The translations under genes and the position numbers were made by a program. From an uncultured Candidatus Saccharibacteria bacterium (GTDB lineage: Bacteria > Patescibacteriota > Saccharimonadia > Saccharimonadales > Saccharimonadaceae), in contig CAMYWN010000001.1 in NCBI GenBank assembly GCA_947302765.1, forward strand, positions 1 through 49,110: 49,110 nt of DNA. The letters are read 5' to 3'. Shown here piece after piece: positions 28,042 through 39,125 of the stretch. The notes beneath the pieces were generated by a model. That model ran no database searches. It had not been told where the DNA came from and was given only the letters and a program-made list of their open reading frames with translations. Each line of letters begins with the position of its first letter. Within the stretch, counting starts at the first letter, position 1.

Positions 28042-30029
28042 GAGTGAGGCGAAGAAGTAAACGGATTTTATATGTGGGGTTAGGACTATTTGTGGCGGTT
28101 TTTCTGTTTAGTTTTTTAATGCAGAAGTTCAAGGGCGATGGGGTAGTAGATGCGGCGTCTTTGGCTGGGTTTGATCCTGGGTATATTATTTCGGATTGGC
28201 AAATGGGTAATTATAATTCAATGAACGAGGCGGAGATACAGGCTTTTTTGACTGCGAAGAATCCTTGCGGAAATCGCGATTACGGGCTTTATCAATCGAT
28301 GGCGTCGAGTTATCCGTCGATTAAGTGGCACTGGGATAATGGGCATTTTATTTGTATTTCAGAGGAACGATTTGGTGACGGCGAGATGATTGGAAGTGGA
28401 GATACGGCGGCGCACATTATTTGGCAGGCGGCACAGGATTATCGAATTAACCCGCAGGTATTGATTGTGTTACTACAGAAAGAACAGGGTTTGATTACAG
28501 ACGATTTTCCGAACAGTAAGCAATATCGGTCTGCAACGGGGTATGGTTGTCCAGATACGGCGCCATGTTCGATGCAGTATTATGGGTTTAAAAACCAAGT
28601 GAGGAAGGCTGCGGCGATGTTTCGGACGGTGCTGGATGGGGGGTGGACAAATTATCCGTTAGGAAATAACTATATTCAATATAACCCAAATGCTGGTTGC
28701 GGTGGGTCGGTGGTAAATATCCGTTCGCTTGCGACGTCGGCACTGTATCGGTATACACCGTATCAGCCAAATGCGGGGGCCTTGGCAGCTGGGTATGGTA
28801 CGGCTTATTGTGGAGCATATGGGAATCGGAATTTTTATTTGTATTTTGAGGATTGGTTTGGGGGGGTGACTACTTCTGATGTTGTATGGGTGGCAATGAA
28901 AAATCCGCGTGTAATGACTGCGCGCAGACCGACGCTGGTTATTGATGCAAATGAGCAAAAGACAACTAATGAATGGATTGAAGAAAGGGAAAACTACTAT
29001 TTCACAAAGAAGGCATCGGTCTTTTGGGGGGATAGGCAGCAGGTCTGCCTGCAAAGAAAAATTGATGAGGGGACGAATCGATGTGTTCTGATGGATAGAC
29101 TAGAAGATTATTTGTTTGAAAAGGATGGGGTTTTACTACAGGGAAAGGAATACGTTATAAGGGAGTGGACTTGCGCCGTGGATATTATACAGCAGGATGC
29201 AAGATGTGGTGAGCGAGAGTACTATGTAAATGATGTTATTAGTGCCGAGAAACTTGTGGTTATAGATAATAAGGAATATCTTATTATGGATAACGGTTAT
29301 GGTGTATTGAGGACGAGAGCTAAACAGAAGGTGGATTTTGAGTTGATTGGGCCAGTATTAATGAAATTAAGAAGGGACTCATATAAATACAACATCGAAA
29401 GTGGTGAAAGGGTACAGATATTAACAACTGAAGAGAATAAATATATAAAGATAATGGATAGATGTATCATTGATAATGAACTATATTATAGAACAGCGCA
29501 CGATTATGATAAAAACTTCGAATTATTAATCCCCGCAGCAGATTTGGATGATAACATTTTAGTTGGCTTTATGTACCCGCGCAACTTGGAATTTATTAAT
29601 GATGCCAGTTCCTTTAATTTAGACACTAATAATGGGTGCACTTCCTATAAACAAAAAATGATAACGAGGTTTGTAAACAAAATTGATTATAATGGCGAGA
29701 GTTATTATCAGGCTGACAACGAAAAAAATACAAAATGCGTGGTAAAAGCTGCCGATTTGCAAGAAACGAAGTATAATTTACAGATTAGTGAATCAGGTGG
29801 GGATTTTGTAGGTTTTCTGTATCCAAGAAGGATGGTAATCAAGAGTGCTACATTCATGATTGATGTTAGGAACGGAAAAACTTGTGACGTGTTTCTGGGC
29901 GTTGGTAATACTCAGGAGTATGTTACAAAAATTGGTGTAGACGGGATTGTTTTTTATAGAACTAAATATAAAACTGAGACTAATTCTTTTTGTGCTGTAC
30001 CGGCGAGTAGTCTTAAAGAAGCTAGTTAA
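28038..30029 (+). CDS. Secreted protein with putative lysozyme-like cell-wall-active domain and C-terminal repeats
   Basis: FDPGYIISD, INPQVLIVLLQKEQGL, ATGYGCPD, ATSALYRYTPY; recurring xxPR-containing units in the C-terminal half. Confidence 0.65.
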   Translation: MRVRRRSKRILYVGLGLFVAVFLFSFLMQKFKGDGVVDAASLAGFDPGYIISDWQMGNYNSMNEAEIQAFLTAKNPCGNRDYGLYQSMASSYPSIKWHWDNGHFICISEERFGDGEMIGSGDTAAHIIWQAAQDYRINPQVLIVLLQKEQGLITDDFPNSKQYRSATGYGCPDTAPCSMQYYGFKNQVRKAAAMFRTVLDGGWTNYPLGNNYIQYNPNAGCGGSVVNIRSLATSALYRYTPYQPNAGALAAGYGTAYCGAYGNRNFYLYFEDWFGGVTTSDVVWVAMKNPRVMTARRPTLVIDANEQKTTNEWIEERENYYFTKKASVFWGDRQQVCLQRKIDEGTNRCVLMDRLEDYLFEKDGVLLQGKEYVIREWTCAVDIIQQDARCGEREYYVNDVISAEKLVVIDNKEYLIMDNGYGVLRTRAKQKVDFELIGPVLMKLRRDSYKYNIESGERVQILTTEENKYIKIMDRCIIDNELYYRTAHDYDKNFELLIPAADLDDNILVGFMYPRNLEFINDASSFNLDTNNGCTSYKQKMITRFVNKIDYNGESYYQADNEKNTKCVVKAADLQETKYNLQISESGGDFVGFLYPRRMVIKSATFMIDVRNGKTCDVFLGVGNTQEYVTKIGVDGIVFYRTKYKTETNSFCAVPASSLKEAS

Positions 30030-31761
30030 ACGGGAACGAGTTAATTAAGTCTTTTTGTTTTTTCGTAAGATTATGTATTGGCTCGTATTCTTTAATTAGT
30101 TGGTTGAGATAACTATTATTAAATATTTGTTTGGTATTTGCTGGATGATATGCTTTTCCTACTCCGGAGTAGTAATCAATAAACTTATATATGCCACCTG
30201 TTAGATTGTTAGATATTTTAATGTGTGCGTTCGGGATTGAGAGACTATCGGCGAATATTAGGCCATGAAGGGATGACGAGAGTATCAGCTTACACTCGGA
30301 AATTTTTTTAGCAACGTTTAGGGGTGAATCAAGTGGTGTAATCACTGTGAACCTTGGGTCTTCGCAAAAACGTTTGGCTATTGGTGTTTTTATATCGGAA
30401 TAGTGTATTATGACGCCAATTGTATTACTGTGACGTTTCTTTTTTAATAAATATGTAGTATTGATTAGTATGCCTGGGTCGCCAGTCGGCAGCTCGTCTT
30501 TGATTCTAGCTAGGGTTCTGCGCCCTCTAACGGCGGAAAAATTGATCTTTTTAAGACCATTATTGCCGCTATCTGCTTTTATAAAACCGCTTCCCCAAGC
30601 ATTCATTGTAGTACGTCTTTTTGCGTTTTTGGCGATTTCGATGATTGATCCGGTTGCGATTAAACTACAAGTCTCTATTGGAGCCCAGGTTGTTTTTCGG
30701 CCAAAGATGTTTGAAATGATATCTTGAGAAACGACATCTCCGAAATTGTTGATTTGCGGCGGTTGCCACCAGTATAGCTTAATTGGGGGTTTGAGCGAAT
30801 TGCTTTTTTTTCGGCGATTTGAATATCTTAATCCCTTCAAGACAAATAATTGTTGTCGATAGCTAAGCCTAGTTTTATTGACTAAGCTCTTGCATCTGGT
30901 CGGGAATGACAGAGTATTAAGCCATCTTATAATGCTTGCTTTGCGGCTAAGATTGCGCCAGGCTTTGGTATACGAATTAAATATGTCGTGCCTATGGCTT
31001 TCATGTTGGTAAGGATGATATTTCCATGGTTTGTCAATAGTAAAATGAAAGAAAACTGTAGTGGGTTTAGTTGTAAAACCCTGAAAATGAGGCATGTAAT
31101 TGTAGTCATTATTAAGTATGGTCGGCATTAACGAATTATGGTTTACTAATAGAAAGAGCGCGAGCAGAGAGTCATCCCCTTTACGTGGATGCCCGATTTT
31201 CCAGGATTCATAGTATAGATTGGCACTTTTATCTAAAAAATGTAGTTTTTTTAACGCGGCATTATTCATATAAATGATGCCACTTTGGATGCGTGGTGTA
31301 TAGAATAATTCGTTTGGAATATGAAAATGAGAGGCAATTTTGCAGCTTTCTGGGCCAAAGAGCTCGTCAAATGTATTAGCGGTTACGCCTGCGATGTCGT
31401 GAATTTGCGGAATGTTTTTAATTGGATTTTTCATACATAGGGTATCGCCATCGATGTAAACACAGTATTGAAAACCAAGTTTATAAAATAGTTCTGGACC
31501 AGCAAAAATATAATAGCATTCTATAGGGTATTGCCAAATTTGGAAGAATAAATAGGTTAGGTCCAGTTCAATATATTGGATCGAATGCTTTTTGAGAAAA
31601 CGTTTATTGTTGTCGGATATATATTTACTAAGAATATAAAGCCTTGCATTAGGTAGTGTTTTACGTATTGATAGTAACGAAACGGCCGCTCGATAGATAT
31701 ATGAATCACTGGCGCAAGAAAAGAAGGCAGTATTATTGATTGTGAGCAATTCTTTTGCCAT
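30022..31761 (-). CDS. Fusion of a GT8-like glycosyltransferase and a polysaccharide pyruvyl transferase-like domain
   Basis: N-terminal VYIDGD, QSG.IY.N, YNY, HFT..KPW; C-terminal NFGD, GSI, WGSG, AVRG, GDPG, SSSLHGLIFADSLSIP. Confidence 0.82.
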   Translation of the reverse strand: MAKELLTINNTAFFSCASDSYIYRAAVSLLSIRKTLPNARLYILSKYISDNNKRFLKKHSIQYIELDLTYLFFQIWQYPIECYYIFAGPELFYKLGFQYCVYIDGDTLCMKNPIKNIPQIHDIAGVTANTFDELFGPESCKIASHFHIPNELFYTPRIQSGIIYMNNAALKKLHFLDKSANLYYESWKIGHPRKGDDSLLALFLLVNHNSLMPTILNNDYNYMPHFQGFTTKPTTVFFHFTIDKPWKYHPYQHESHRHDIFNSYTKAWRNLSRKASIIRWLNTLSFPTRCKSLVNKTRLSYRQQLFVLKGLRYSNRRKKSNSLKPPIKLYWWQPPQINNFGDVVSQDIISNIFGRKTTWAPIETCSLIATGSIIEIAKNAKRRTTMNAWGSGFIKADSGNNGLKKINFSAVRGRRTLARIKDELPTGDPGILINTTYLLKKKRHSNTIGVIIHYSDIKTPIAKRFCEDPRFTVITPLDSPLNVAKKISECKLILSSSLHGLIFADSLSIPNAHIKISNNLTGGIYKFIDYYSGVGKAYHPANTKQIFNNSYLNQLIKEYEPIHNLTKKQKDLINSFPFN

Positions 31762-31836
31762 ATATGCGTATTATAGCACAGTCCTATTAAAAGCAGAATT
31801 GAGATAAGGCAGGGGCAATTAGTGTAGAGTAGGGGC

Positions 31837-32913
31837 CTATACTATCCATTTTCCAACGAGCGGTATTTTATAAAGGATAATTGAGATGGCGTAGGATAAA
31901 AGGAGGATAAGGAGTGATAGTATAGGGACCGACACTACCGGATCGAAGGATAAAGAATTAATATTGAAAACAGAATCCATTGTTTCCAAAATAATGACAT
32001 GTACCAGATATACTCCTAGGCTGCATCTAGAAAGGAGTAACAAGTGTTTTTTATGGGACGGGGGGTTATTGCCGAAATGTTTTTTAAAATAAATAAATAC
32101 AGCAATACTCGTCATGGCTACGTTTACGGTTAGATTGTCGTAGAAGAATGTGACCAGATCACCCTTGGATAAGGAAGAGAGTGTAGTCGCAATTATTGTA
32201 AAAAGTATTCCGAGTATTCCGGTTGCGTAGAACATGATTTCCGTCCTTCTTTTTATATTATATCTGTTTAAATAATAGCCTAGAACATAATAATGTGTGA
32301 ATCCTAGCATCATGGGAATACGTAATAATAATACTTTATTCTCAATAAGGCTTGCGATTAATTCGGACTTTAACGAAATAATTTCAATCAACTCAGGGAC
32401 TAAAAATGCAATGATAAATGATAATTTAAGAAAATATTCTGTTATTTTTTTGTTTTTTATGAGTTGCTGTAAAAGGGGAGCCACCATATATAATCCAATG
32501 AGAGTATATAAAAACCATAAATAATATGGGCCACTCGCTAGGTTAGTTAGGAAAACTCTGAAGGTAAAAACGGTGTCGGAGAAGGTGAGCTGCCAAATAT
32601 TATAAAACAACGTCCAAAAGATTATAAGAACTAGTATTTTTGTAATATTTTTCTTGTATATCTTTTTGATTGACTGTTTTCTGCTTAAGAAAAGTGCGCC
32701 GCTGATCATGATAAATATTGGAACACCCCAGCGCATAAGACTATCATAGATATTAAATGTGGTCCATGTCGACGAGGCAATATCTACTGCGCGCAAGTTT
32801 TGTGCGGCTACGTGTAGAATTACAACTGTACATATAGCGGCGATTCTTAGATAATCGAAATAAATGATTCGCTTTGAGCCATTCGGCGATGGCGATAATT
32901 CGGTTTTTACCAT
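31837..32913 (-). CDS. Acyltransferase-3 family membrane O-acyltransferase
   Basis: FDYLRIAAICTVVILH, GVPIFIMISGALFL, LWFLY...GLY...P, SLGVYLVH. Confidence 0.92.
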   Translation of the reverse strand: MVKTELSPSPNGSKRIIYFDYLRIAAICTVVILHVAAQNLRAVDIASSTWTTFNIYDSLMRWGVPIFIMISGALFLSRKQSIKKIYKKNITKILVLIIFWTLFYNIWQLTFSDTVFTFRVFLTNLASGPYYLWFLYTLIGLYMVAPLLQQLIKNKKITEYFLKLSFIIAFLVPELIEIISLKSELIASLIENKVLLLRIPMMLGFTHYYVLGYYLNRYNIKRRTEIMFYATGILGILFTIIATTLSSLSKGDLVTFFYDNLTVNVAMTSIAVFIYFKKHFGNNPPSHKKHLLLLSRCSLGVYLVHVIILETMDSVFNINSLSFDPVVSVPILSLLILLLSYAISIILYKIPLVGKWIV

Positions 32914-33024
32914 ATGTTAGCATTATATATTATTAAAGACGTTTATAAAAGAAGCTTTGGTTGTAGGAGTCGAGACTGGATTATGGTGTTGATAAAAACG
33001 TAGTAACGAGGTATGATTATAGGA

Positions 33025-35160
33025 ATGAAGAGTTTGGATATTTCTGTAATATATACATTTCATGATGAGGGGGTTGTTATTTATAAAACTTTTTTGGCAC
33101 TAAGAAGAATGCTGAAGTGGCTTGATGACGGAGGGATAACGTATGAGGTAATAGCTCATCTCGACAATGGTGATGAAAAAACTAGGAGTTGCCTTAAGAG
33201 GGTAAAAAGAGAATTCAATCTGAGGATCATAGAGAACAGTTTTGGCGAACCTTCTCGGTCGAGGAATTACGCAGTTAATCAAGCGAACGGAAATTATGTT
33301 TGTTTAATGGACGGGGATGATTTGTTTTCGGAAAAATGGTTATTGGACGCCTTCAATCTTATGAAGGACTCAAATGAGGACGTTATTCTGCATCCGGAGT
33401 GTAATTTAACTTTCGGATTGGATGAGCAGCCAAGATTTTGGAGAATGAAGGATTCATTTGATTTAGATACTGATCTCTTAATTTTATTTGGGAGAAATAG
33501 ATGGTGTTCGGGTACTTTTCTGAAAAGGGATTTAGCAAAAAAGCATCCTTACAAGAAGGTTACGGGGTGCTACGGCTTTGAAGATTGGCACTATAATTGC
33601 GATACTCGTGCAGATAATATTAGACACAATGTTGTACCTGGCAGTGTTTTGTTCTACAGGGTTAGAAAGGGTTCAACTTATTCGAGACATACGGGCGAGA
33701 ATACTACTATTCCTTACACAAAAGCATTTTGCTTGGAGAATATGAAGCGACTTTATAGGAAAGATTTCGAAAAGCATCCAGAGGCGACGCCGCCTGATTC
33801 AAATAGGAGTTTGAGGGTTTTACGTGCTGGACATAAGCTTGTGAGGCGAATACCATTCTTGAAGCTCGCTGATCGAAAAATAACTAGTTCGGTTGAACGA
33901 TATCGTATGGAACAAAGTCGTAAAAAACTTCCCCCTTTCTTATTAAAGGAATGGAGAAAGATGAACGAAATAGATAGTCAGCTATACCCCGATAAAGAGA
34001 TTGTCTCAAGGATGCCGATTTATGGGTCTGAATTAGATTACTTAGGAAAGGCTTATTGTCGTATGGTGCATACGCTGAAGAAAGATCCAGATTATGTTTT
34101 TATGCCCCCAGTAATGAGTATCGGTGGTACGGAAAAAGTTTTAGAAAACTATATGAGAGCGATATACGAAATACACCCAGAATGGTGTGTGGTGGTTTGT
34201 GGTAGACTTCCTGATGGGCATCCATATACTATTCCACCAAATGTGACCTTTATTGATATTGACGAGATATCGTCACATTTGTCCGATTGGGATAAGGGTT
34301 TCCTGATAACGAAATTTGTTGTACAAACCAAGGTGAAATACCTTCATATTATTGGGAATGATTTTTATTATAGGTGGGCAATTAATAACAAAGAACTAAT
34401 TAAAACAAATGGGATTAAATTGAACTGTTCTTTCTTTATGCACGAGTTTTCGGAGGATGAAAAGAGAATTCAAAGCTTTGCTGACCCTTATTACGTGGAG
34501 CTTGAGCCGATTATAAATAAAGTTTTTACTGATAACAAGGTAATTGCGGATGATCTCATCGATAGAACCGGTTTATCTGTTGACGAAGTTTCGGTTCATT
34601 ATCAGCCTATAGATCTAAGGCTAAATAAATATAAGTCTGGGGTTAGTAATAAATCTTACAGCGTTCTGTGGGCGAGTAGGATTGCTCCGCAGAAAAGGCC
34701 AGACATTTTAAAGAAAATTGCTGAGTGTCTACCGGAAGGATATTCTTTAGATGTGTACGGTAGGATACAAAAGCCTTACTATAGAGATGATTATTTTGCG
34801 GGAGCAAAGGGGATAAATTACAAAGGTGCATTCTCTAGTATCAAAGAATTACCTATCGAGAAATATGATGCATATTTGTATACTGCTCAGACTGACGGAA
34901 TACCGAACATCCTTCTTGAAATTACGGCCCTAGGTTTGCCCATAGTGGCAACTAGAGAAGGCGGCGTACCGGATTTTTTGAACAATGGAAAGAATGGTGA
35001 GCTGGTTGAGTTGCATGATATTGGTGGGTATATTCGAGGGCTAAGAAACGTTATCGAAACAAAAAAAGGTGCTGAATATGTCAGGAACGCTCAGAAGCTT
35101 TTAAGAAAAAGACACTCCTGGGAAGAATTCGTAGAAACAGTAAGAAGGGACTTAAATTGA
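33025..35160 (+). CDS. Bifunctional GT2 + GT4-like glycosyltransferase
   Basis: ISVI..., SRN.AV..A.G.YV..MDGDD, GFEDW (GT-A fold); GGTEK, SRIAPQKRP, DGIPNILLE..A.GLP.VAT..GG (GT-B fold). Confidence 0.88.
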   Translation: MKSLDISVIYTFHDEGVVIYKTFLALRRMLKWLDDGGITYEVIAHLDNGDEKTRSCLKRVKREFNLRIIENSFGEPSRSRNYAVNQANGNYVCLMDGDDLFSEKWLLDAFNLMKDSNEDVILHPECNLTFGLDEQPRFWRMKDSFDLDTDLLILFGRNRWCSGTFLKRDLAKKHPYKKVTGCYGFEDWHYNCDTRADNIRHNVVPGSVLFYRVRKGSTYSRHTGENTTIPYTKAFCLENMKRLYRKDFEKHPEATPPDSNRSLRVLRAGHKLVRRIPFLKLADRKITSSVERYRMEQSRKKLPPFLLKEWRKMNEIDSQLYPDKEIVSRMPIYGSELDYLGKAYCRMVHTLKKDPDYVFMPPVMSIGGTEKVLENYMRAIYEIHPEWCVVVCGRLPDGHPYTIPPNVTFIDIDEISSHLSDWDKGFLITKFVVQTKVKYLHIIGNDFYYRWAINNKELIKTNGIKLNCSFFMHEFSEDEKRIQSFADPYYVELEPIINKVFTDNKVIADDLIDRTGLSVDEVSVHYQPIDLRLNKYKSGVSNKSYSVLWASRIAPQKRPDILKKIAECLPEGYSLDVYGRIQKPYYRDDYFAGAKGINYKGAFSSIKELPIEKYDAYLYTAQTDGIPNILLEITALGLPIVATREGGVPDFLNNGKNGELVELHDIGGYIRGLRNVIETKKGAEYVRNAQKLLRKRHSWEEFVETVRRDLN

Positions 35161-36302
35161 TCGATAGAGGCGGTAAAGTCTTTTTAATAAGGAGTACTTT
35201 AGTCAATGAGTATGGTGGGGGTGAAACGTACCAGATAAAACTTAGTTTAATGTTGCGAAAAAATGGCATTAAATCGTTTGTTGTTACAAACTCCGAGGGG
35301 CTTCTGAGGGGAGCGGATAACGAGAGAATAGCGTCGATTCGGTTGCCGTATTTAAGACGACAGAATTGGAGTGGGTGGCGGAATGTTTTTTTTCCGGTTT
35401 ACTGTTTAAAAATAATTGGCTTAAGAAAGTGGCATAAGAAGATTTTTAAACAGTATAGGCCCGATGTGGTCAATATTCAGTCAAGAGATGATTGGATTGC
35501 AGCGACTCCCGTAGCAAAGAAAATGGGTATAAAGGTATTGTGGACTGACCACATGGATTTTAGAAGCTGGGTGTTGACCAATGTGGGTGTCTGGTATAAG
35601 AATTGGATTGGAAAATGGGTTTTAAGATGCGCAAAAAAGGCGGATAGGATAATAATGATTAGTGATTATGAACGAAAAGACTTTGAGAAGATCGTAGAAC
35701 CTAAAGGATTTAGTAATGTACTCACGATAAAAAATGGGGTTGAAGACAAACGACAAGAGTACGAATCTATTAAGTGTCGGGAGAATAGTATTTGCTATGT
35801 TGGAAGGGTCGTGGATTATAAAGGTATTATGGAGTTAATCGAGGCTTTTGGTGAAGTTAGCACTAAATATCCCGATGCTGTTTTGAATGTCTATGGCGAT
35901 GGTGAGGATTTGGAAAAGTACAAGAGTTTGGCTTGCGATAATGAGCGAATCTGTTTTCATGGGCGAACGGACGAACCCTTAAAAGTATTAGCTGAGAATG
36001 AAATTTTTGTGTTGCCGAGTTACCGAGAAGGTTTGTCTTTGTCGCTACTTGATGCGGCGATGATGGGAAAGAAGATTATTGCGTCAGATGTAGATGGAAA
36101 TCCAGAGGTAATAGAGGATGGCAAGACTGGACTGCTGGTGCCGGCAAAAAATGCCAAAAAGCTGGCGGAGGCGATGATATGGATGTTGGAACATAAGAAG
36201 GAGGCGGACGAAATGGCGAAAAATGCGCGAAAGAAATATGAAGGGGAGTTTGATTTTGACAAAATTTTTGAAGAAAAGATGCTACCACTATATAAGAGTT
36301 AA
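35157..36302 (+). CDS. GT4 glycosyltransferase
   Basis: GGGE, IKNGV, YVGRV...KG, FVLPSYREGLSLSLLDAA, DVDGNPEVIEDG.TG. Confidence 0.92.
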   Translation: MIDRGGKVFLIRSTLVNEYGGGETYQIKLSLMLRKNGIKSFVVTNSEGLLRGADNERIASIRLPYLRRQNWSGWRNVFFPVYCLKIIGLRKWHKKIFKQYRPDVVNIQSRDDWIAATPVAKKMGIKVLWTDHMDFRSWVLTNVGVWYKNWIGKWVLRCAKKADRIIMISDYERKDFEKIVEPKGFSNVLTIKNGVEDKRQEYESIKCRENSICYVGRVVDYKGIMELIEAFGEVSTKYPDAVLNVYGDGEDLEKYKSLACDNERICFHGRTDEPLKVLAENEIFVLPSYREGLSLSLLDAAMMGKKIIASDVDGNPEVIEDGKTGLLVPAKNAKKLAEAMIWMLEHKKEADEMAKNARKKYEGEFDFDKIFEEKMLPLYKS

Positions 36303-36372
36303 ATTATGATTTAGTGACGAGTCAAGAAAAATACGTGGGGATGGAGTATAATAGAAAAAAGAGGAGAAAAAG

Positions 36373-37377
36373 ATGAAAATATTATTAACTGGTGGGACAG
36401 GATATATTGGTTCACATACGGCAATTGAGCTGATTAAGCAGGGATATGAAGTTGAAATAATGGATAATTTATTCAACAGTAAAATTACCGTGCTAGATAA
36501 GATTGAGGAAATTACCGGTGTAAAGCCAAAATTCTACGAGGTAGATTTGCTAGACAAAGAGGGGATGCGAAAGATGTTTGAGGAAGGTAAATATGAACTC
36601 GTGATACATTTTGCTGGGCTCAAGGCTGTAGGCGAATCGGTGGAGAAGCCGCTAAAATACTACGAGAACAACGTGGGTGGAACAATTAATTTACTAGAGT
36701 GCATGAAAGAGTTCGGTGTCCACAAGATTATCTTCTCTAGTTCAGCGACCGTTTATGGGGATCAGGGAGTATCTGAACTAACTGAGGAGATGCAAACTGG
36801 AGTTGGCATTACGAACCCATACGGTGAGACTAAACATGTGATTGAGGAGATACTAAAGGATGTAGCGGAAGCAGACCCGAAGTTCGAAGCGACGATTTTG
36901 CGCTACTTTAATCCTGTAGGTACGCATGAGTCGGGACTAATCGGTGAAGACCCGAATGATATCCCGAATAATTTGATGCCGATTATTATGAAAGTGTCAA
37001 CTGGAGAGATAGAGAAACTGAAAGTCTATGGAGACGATTATGACACGGTGGACGGTACGGGTGTGAGAGACTACATCCATGTAGTAGATTTAGCGAAAGG
37101 GCACGTAGCAGCAGTGAAAAAAATGCAGCCCGGGATATCTATTTATAATTTAGGAACCGGTAAGGGTACTTCGGTATTAGAAATGATAAAAGCTTTCGAG
37201 GAAGCTAGTGGTAAAAAGTTGCCGTATGAGATTGTAGGTCGAAGAGCAGGGGATCTTGCAGAAATATATGCAAATCCGAGTAAGGCAGAGAGAGAGCTAG
37301 GGTGGAAAACTGAAAAGACGGTAGAAGATGCGATGCGAGATACGATAAAGTATTTGGACTATTGTGCTAGCAAGTAG
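36373..37377 (+). CDS. galE: UDP-glucose 4-epimerase
   Basis: TGGTGYIGSHT, HFAGLKAVGES, FSSSATVYG, YGETK, LRYFNPVG, DGTGVRDYIHV. Confidence 0.97.
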   Translation: MKILLTGGTGYIGSHTAIELIKQGYEVEIMDNLFNSKITVLDKIEEITGVKPKFYEVDLLDKEGMRKMFEEGKYELVIHFAGLKAVGESVEKPLKYYENNVGGTINLLECMKEFGVHKIIFSSSATVYGDQGVSELTEEMQTGVGITNPYGETKHVIEEILKDVAEADPKFEATILRYFNPVGTHESGLIGEDPNDIPNNLMPIIMKVSTGEIEKLKVYGDDYDTVDGTGVRDYIHVVDLAKGHVAAVKKMQPGISIYNLGTGKGTSVLEMIKAFEEASGKKLPYEIVGRRAGDLAEIYANPSKAERELGWKTEKTVEDAMRDTIKYLDYCASK

Positions 37378-37378
37378 T

Positions 37379-38326
37379 ATGAAAAGCATAGATTCGACGC
37401 TTGTTTCGGTAGTGGTGCCGGTTTATGGTGTGGAAAAGTATGTGGAAAAGTGCCTCGTTTCTTTGAGCCACCAGAGCTATGAGAATATAGAAGTAATCGT
37501 GGTGAATGATGGCTCTATAGATAGAAGCGGGGATATATGTGAGGAATTTGCAAAAAAAGATAAAAGAATCAAGGTATTTCATAAAACAAATGGGGGTTTG
37601 TCTGATGCGAGAAACTATGGAATAAAGAAGGCGAAGGGGGAATATGTTTGTCTGGTCGATAGTGATGACTGGTGCAAAAGTGGATTCGTCGAAAAGATGG
37701 TGCGTGTGGCGCTAAAAGAGGATGTCGATATCGTGGTTTGCGGGTACAATGATGTGGTTCCCAGGGAAATAATTATGACGGGTGAAGAAGCTACGATACG
37801 TCTTTTGGTGGAGCAGGAGAATGTGGATATAATTGCCTGGAACAAAATGTACAGGCGGAGTTTATTCGATGACGTTTTGTATCCTAAGGGTGAGAATTAT
37901 GAAGATTGTTTGACTACTTATAAGTTACTAAGTAAAGCTAGTAGAGTGAAGTATTTATCAAAATCGTTATACTGTTATAGAGAAAGAGCTGGGAGCATTA
38001 CGCAAAAGTCTGATAAAGAGGAACGGCTGACGATGCGAGAGCGAGCGGCGAGAGAGGCGATGGAGTATTTTGCCAAAAGCAATAAAAGGTTGTGGGAGGC
38101 GGCGCAAATTGCCATGCTGACAGCGAAACTAGCGTTTATGGACTTTGCGATTAGTGGAGTAATCGAAAAGACATATTATGATGGTGGACGTGGATGGATT
38201 CTTGACAATAAGAAGCGTCTATATGAGAACCAGCTTCTGAGCAGGAAGCTGAAAACATATATCGGAATGATTGAAAAATGTGGCGGGGTGGGCTATAGAT
38301 TATTCCGGAGAATTAGGCACGAATAG
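37379..38326 (+). CDS. GT2 glycosyltransferase
   Basis: VSVVVPVYGVEKY, VNDGS.D, NGGLSDARN, VDSDD, AWNKMY, YED. Confidence 0.93.
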   Translation: MKSIDSTLVSVVVPVYGVEKYVEKCLVSLSHQSYENIEVIVVNDGSIDRSGDICEEFAKKDKRIKVFHKTNGGLSDARNYGIKKAKGEYVCLVDSDDWCKSGFVEKMVRVALKEDVDIVVCGYNDVVPREIIMTGEEATIRLLVEQENVDIIAWNKMYRRSLFDDVLYPKGENYEDCLTTYKLLSKASRVKYLSKSLYCYRERAGSITQKSDKEERLTMRERAAREAMEYFAKSNKRLWEAAQIAMLTAKLAFMDFAISGVIEKTYYDGGRGWILDNKKRLYENQLLSRKLKTYIGMIEKCGGVGYRLFRRIRHE

Positions 38327-38345
38327 GTAGAAGTTAATTGGTTAA

Positions 38346-39125
38346 TTATTGCCAGAGCTTGGTGTAGGCGTCGGCGACTTTTTTCGGGTCGCCTTCTTCG
38401 ATGATTTTGCCATTTTCTATTAGGAAAGCGCGGTTACAGAATTTGCGAACATTCTCCATTGAGTGGGTGACAAGAATGACGGTCTGTTTTTTGTCTTTCA
38501 AATCAGCGAAATAATTATTGCACTTCTCCTGGAAAGCGGCGTCTCCGACGGCGAGGACTTCGTCGAGCAAGAGGATGTCGCCGCGAGCGCGGATGGCGAT
38601 AGAAAAAGCTAGGCGAACTTGCATACCGGAGGAATAGTTTTTGAGCTTTTGATCCTGAAAGTCCTTGAGCTCGGCGAAGTCCCAAATATCGTCGTACATG
38701 GCATCCATTTCTTCATTACTGAAACCGAGTAGAGCACCGTTTAAATAGACGTTTTCGCGGCCGGTAAGCTCTGGGTTGAAGCCGACGCCGAGTTCGATAA
38801 AAGGAACTAGAGTACCATTGATGGTGATTTCGCCTTTTTCTGGGTAATAGGTGCCGGCAAGGATTTTAAGGAGGGTGGATTTGCCGGAGCCATTGCGGCC
38901 AATGATGCCGACGAATTCTCCTTTTTTGATTTCGAGGTCGATTCCACGAAGAACTTTTTGTTCTTTGTAACCTTTGATGCCACGAAGGCGGTTAAAGATA
39001 GCTTGCTTGAGACCGAAGGCTTGCTCGGTAGGAAGACGGAAGCTTTTATGAATATTCTTGGCGATAATTGCGATATTGCTACTAGCGTCTTCTATTTCTT
39101 GTCTGGTGCCGATGGAGCGTTTCAT
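38346..39125 (-). CDS. wzt: Polysaccharide ABC exporter ATP-binding subunit (Wzt/TagH-like)
   Basis: GRNGSGKSTLL, GFNPELTGREN, YSSGMQVRLAFS, DEVLAVGDAAFQ. Confidence 0.92.
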   Translation of the reverse strand: MKRSIGTRQEIEDASSNIAIIAKNIHKSFRLPTEQAFGLKQAIFNRLRGIKGYKEQKVLRGIDLEIKKGEFVGIIGRNGSGKSTLLKILAGTYYPEKGEITINGTLVPFIELGVGFNPELTGRENVYLNGALLGFSNEEMDAMYDDIWDFAELKDFQDQKLKNYSSGMQVRLAFSIAIRARGDILLLDEVLAVGDAAFQEKCNNYFADLKDKKQTVILVTHSMENVRKFCNRAFLIENGKIIEEGDPKKVADAYTKLWQ

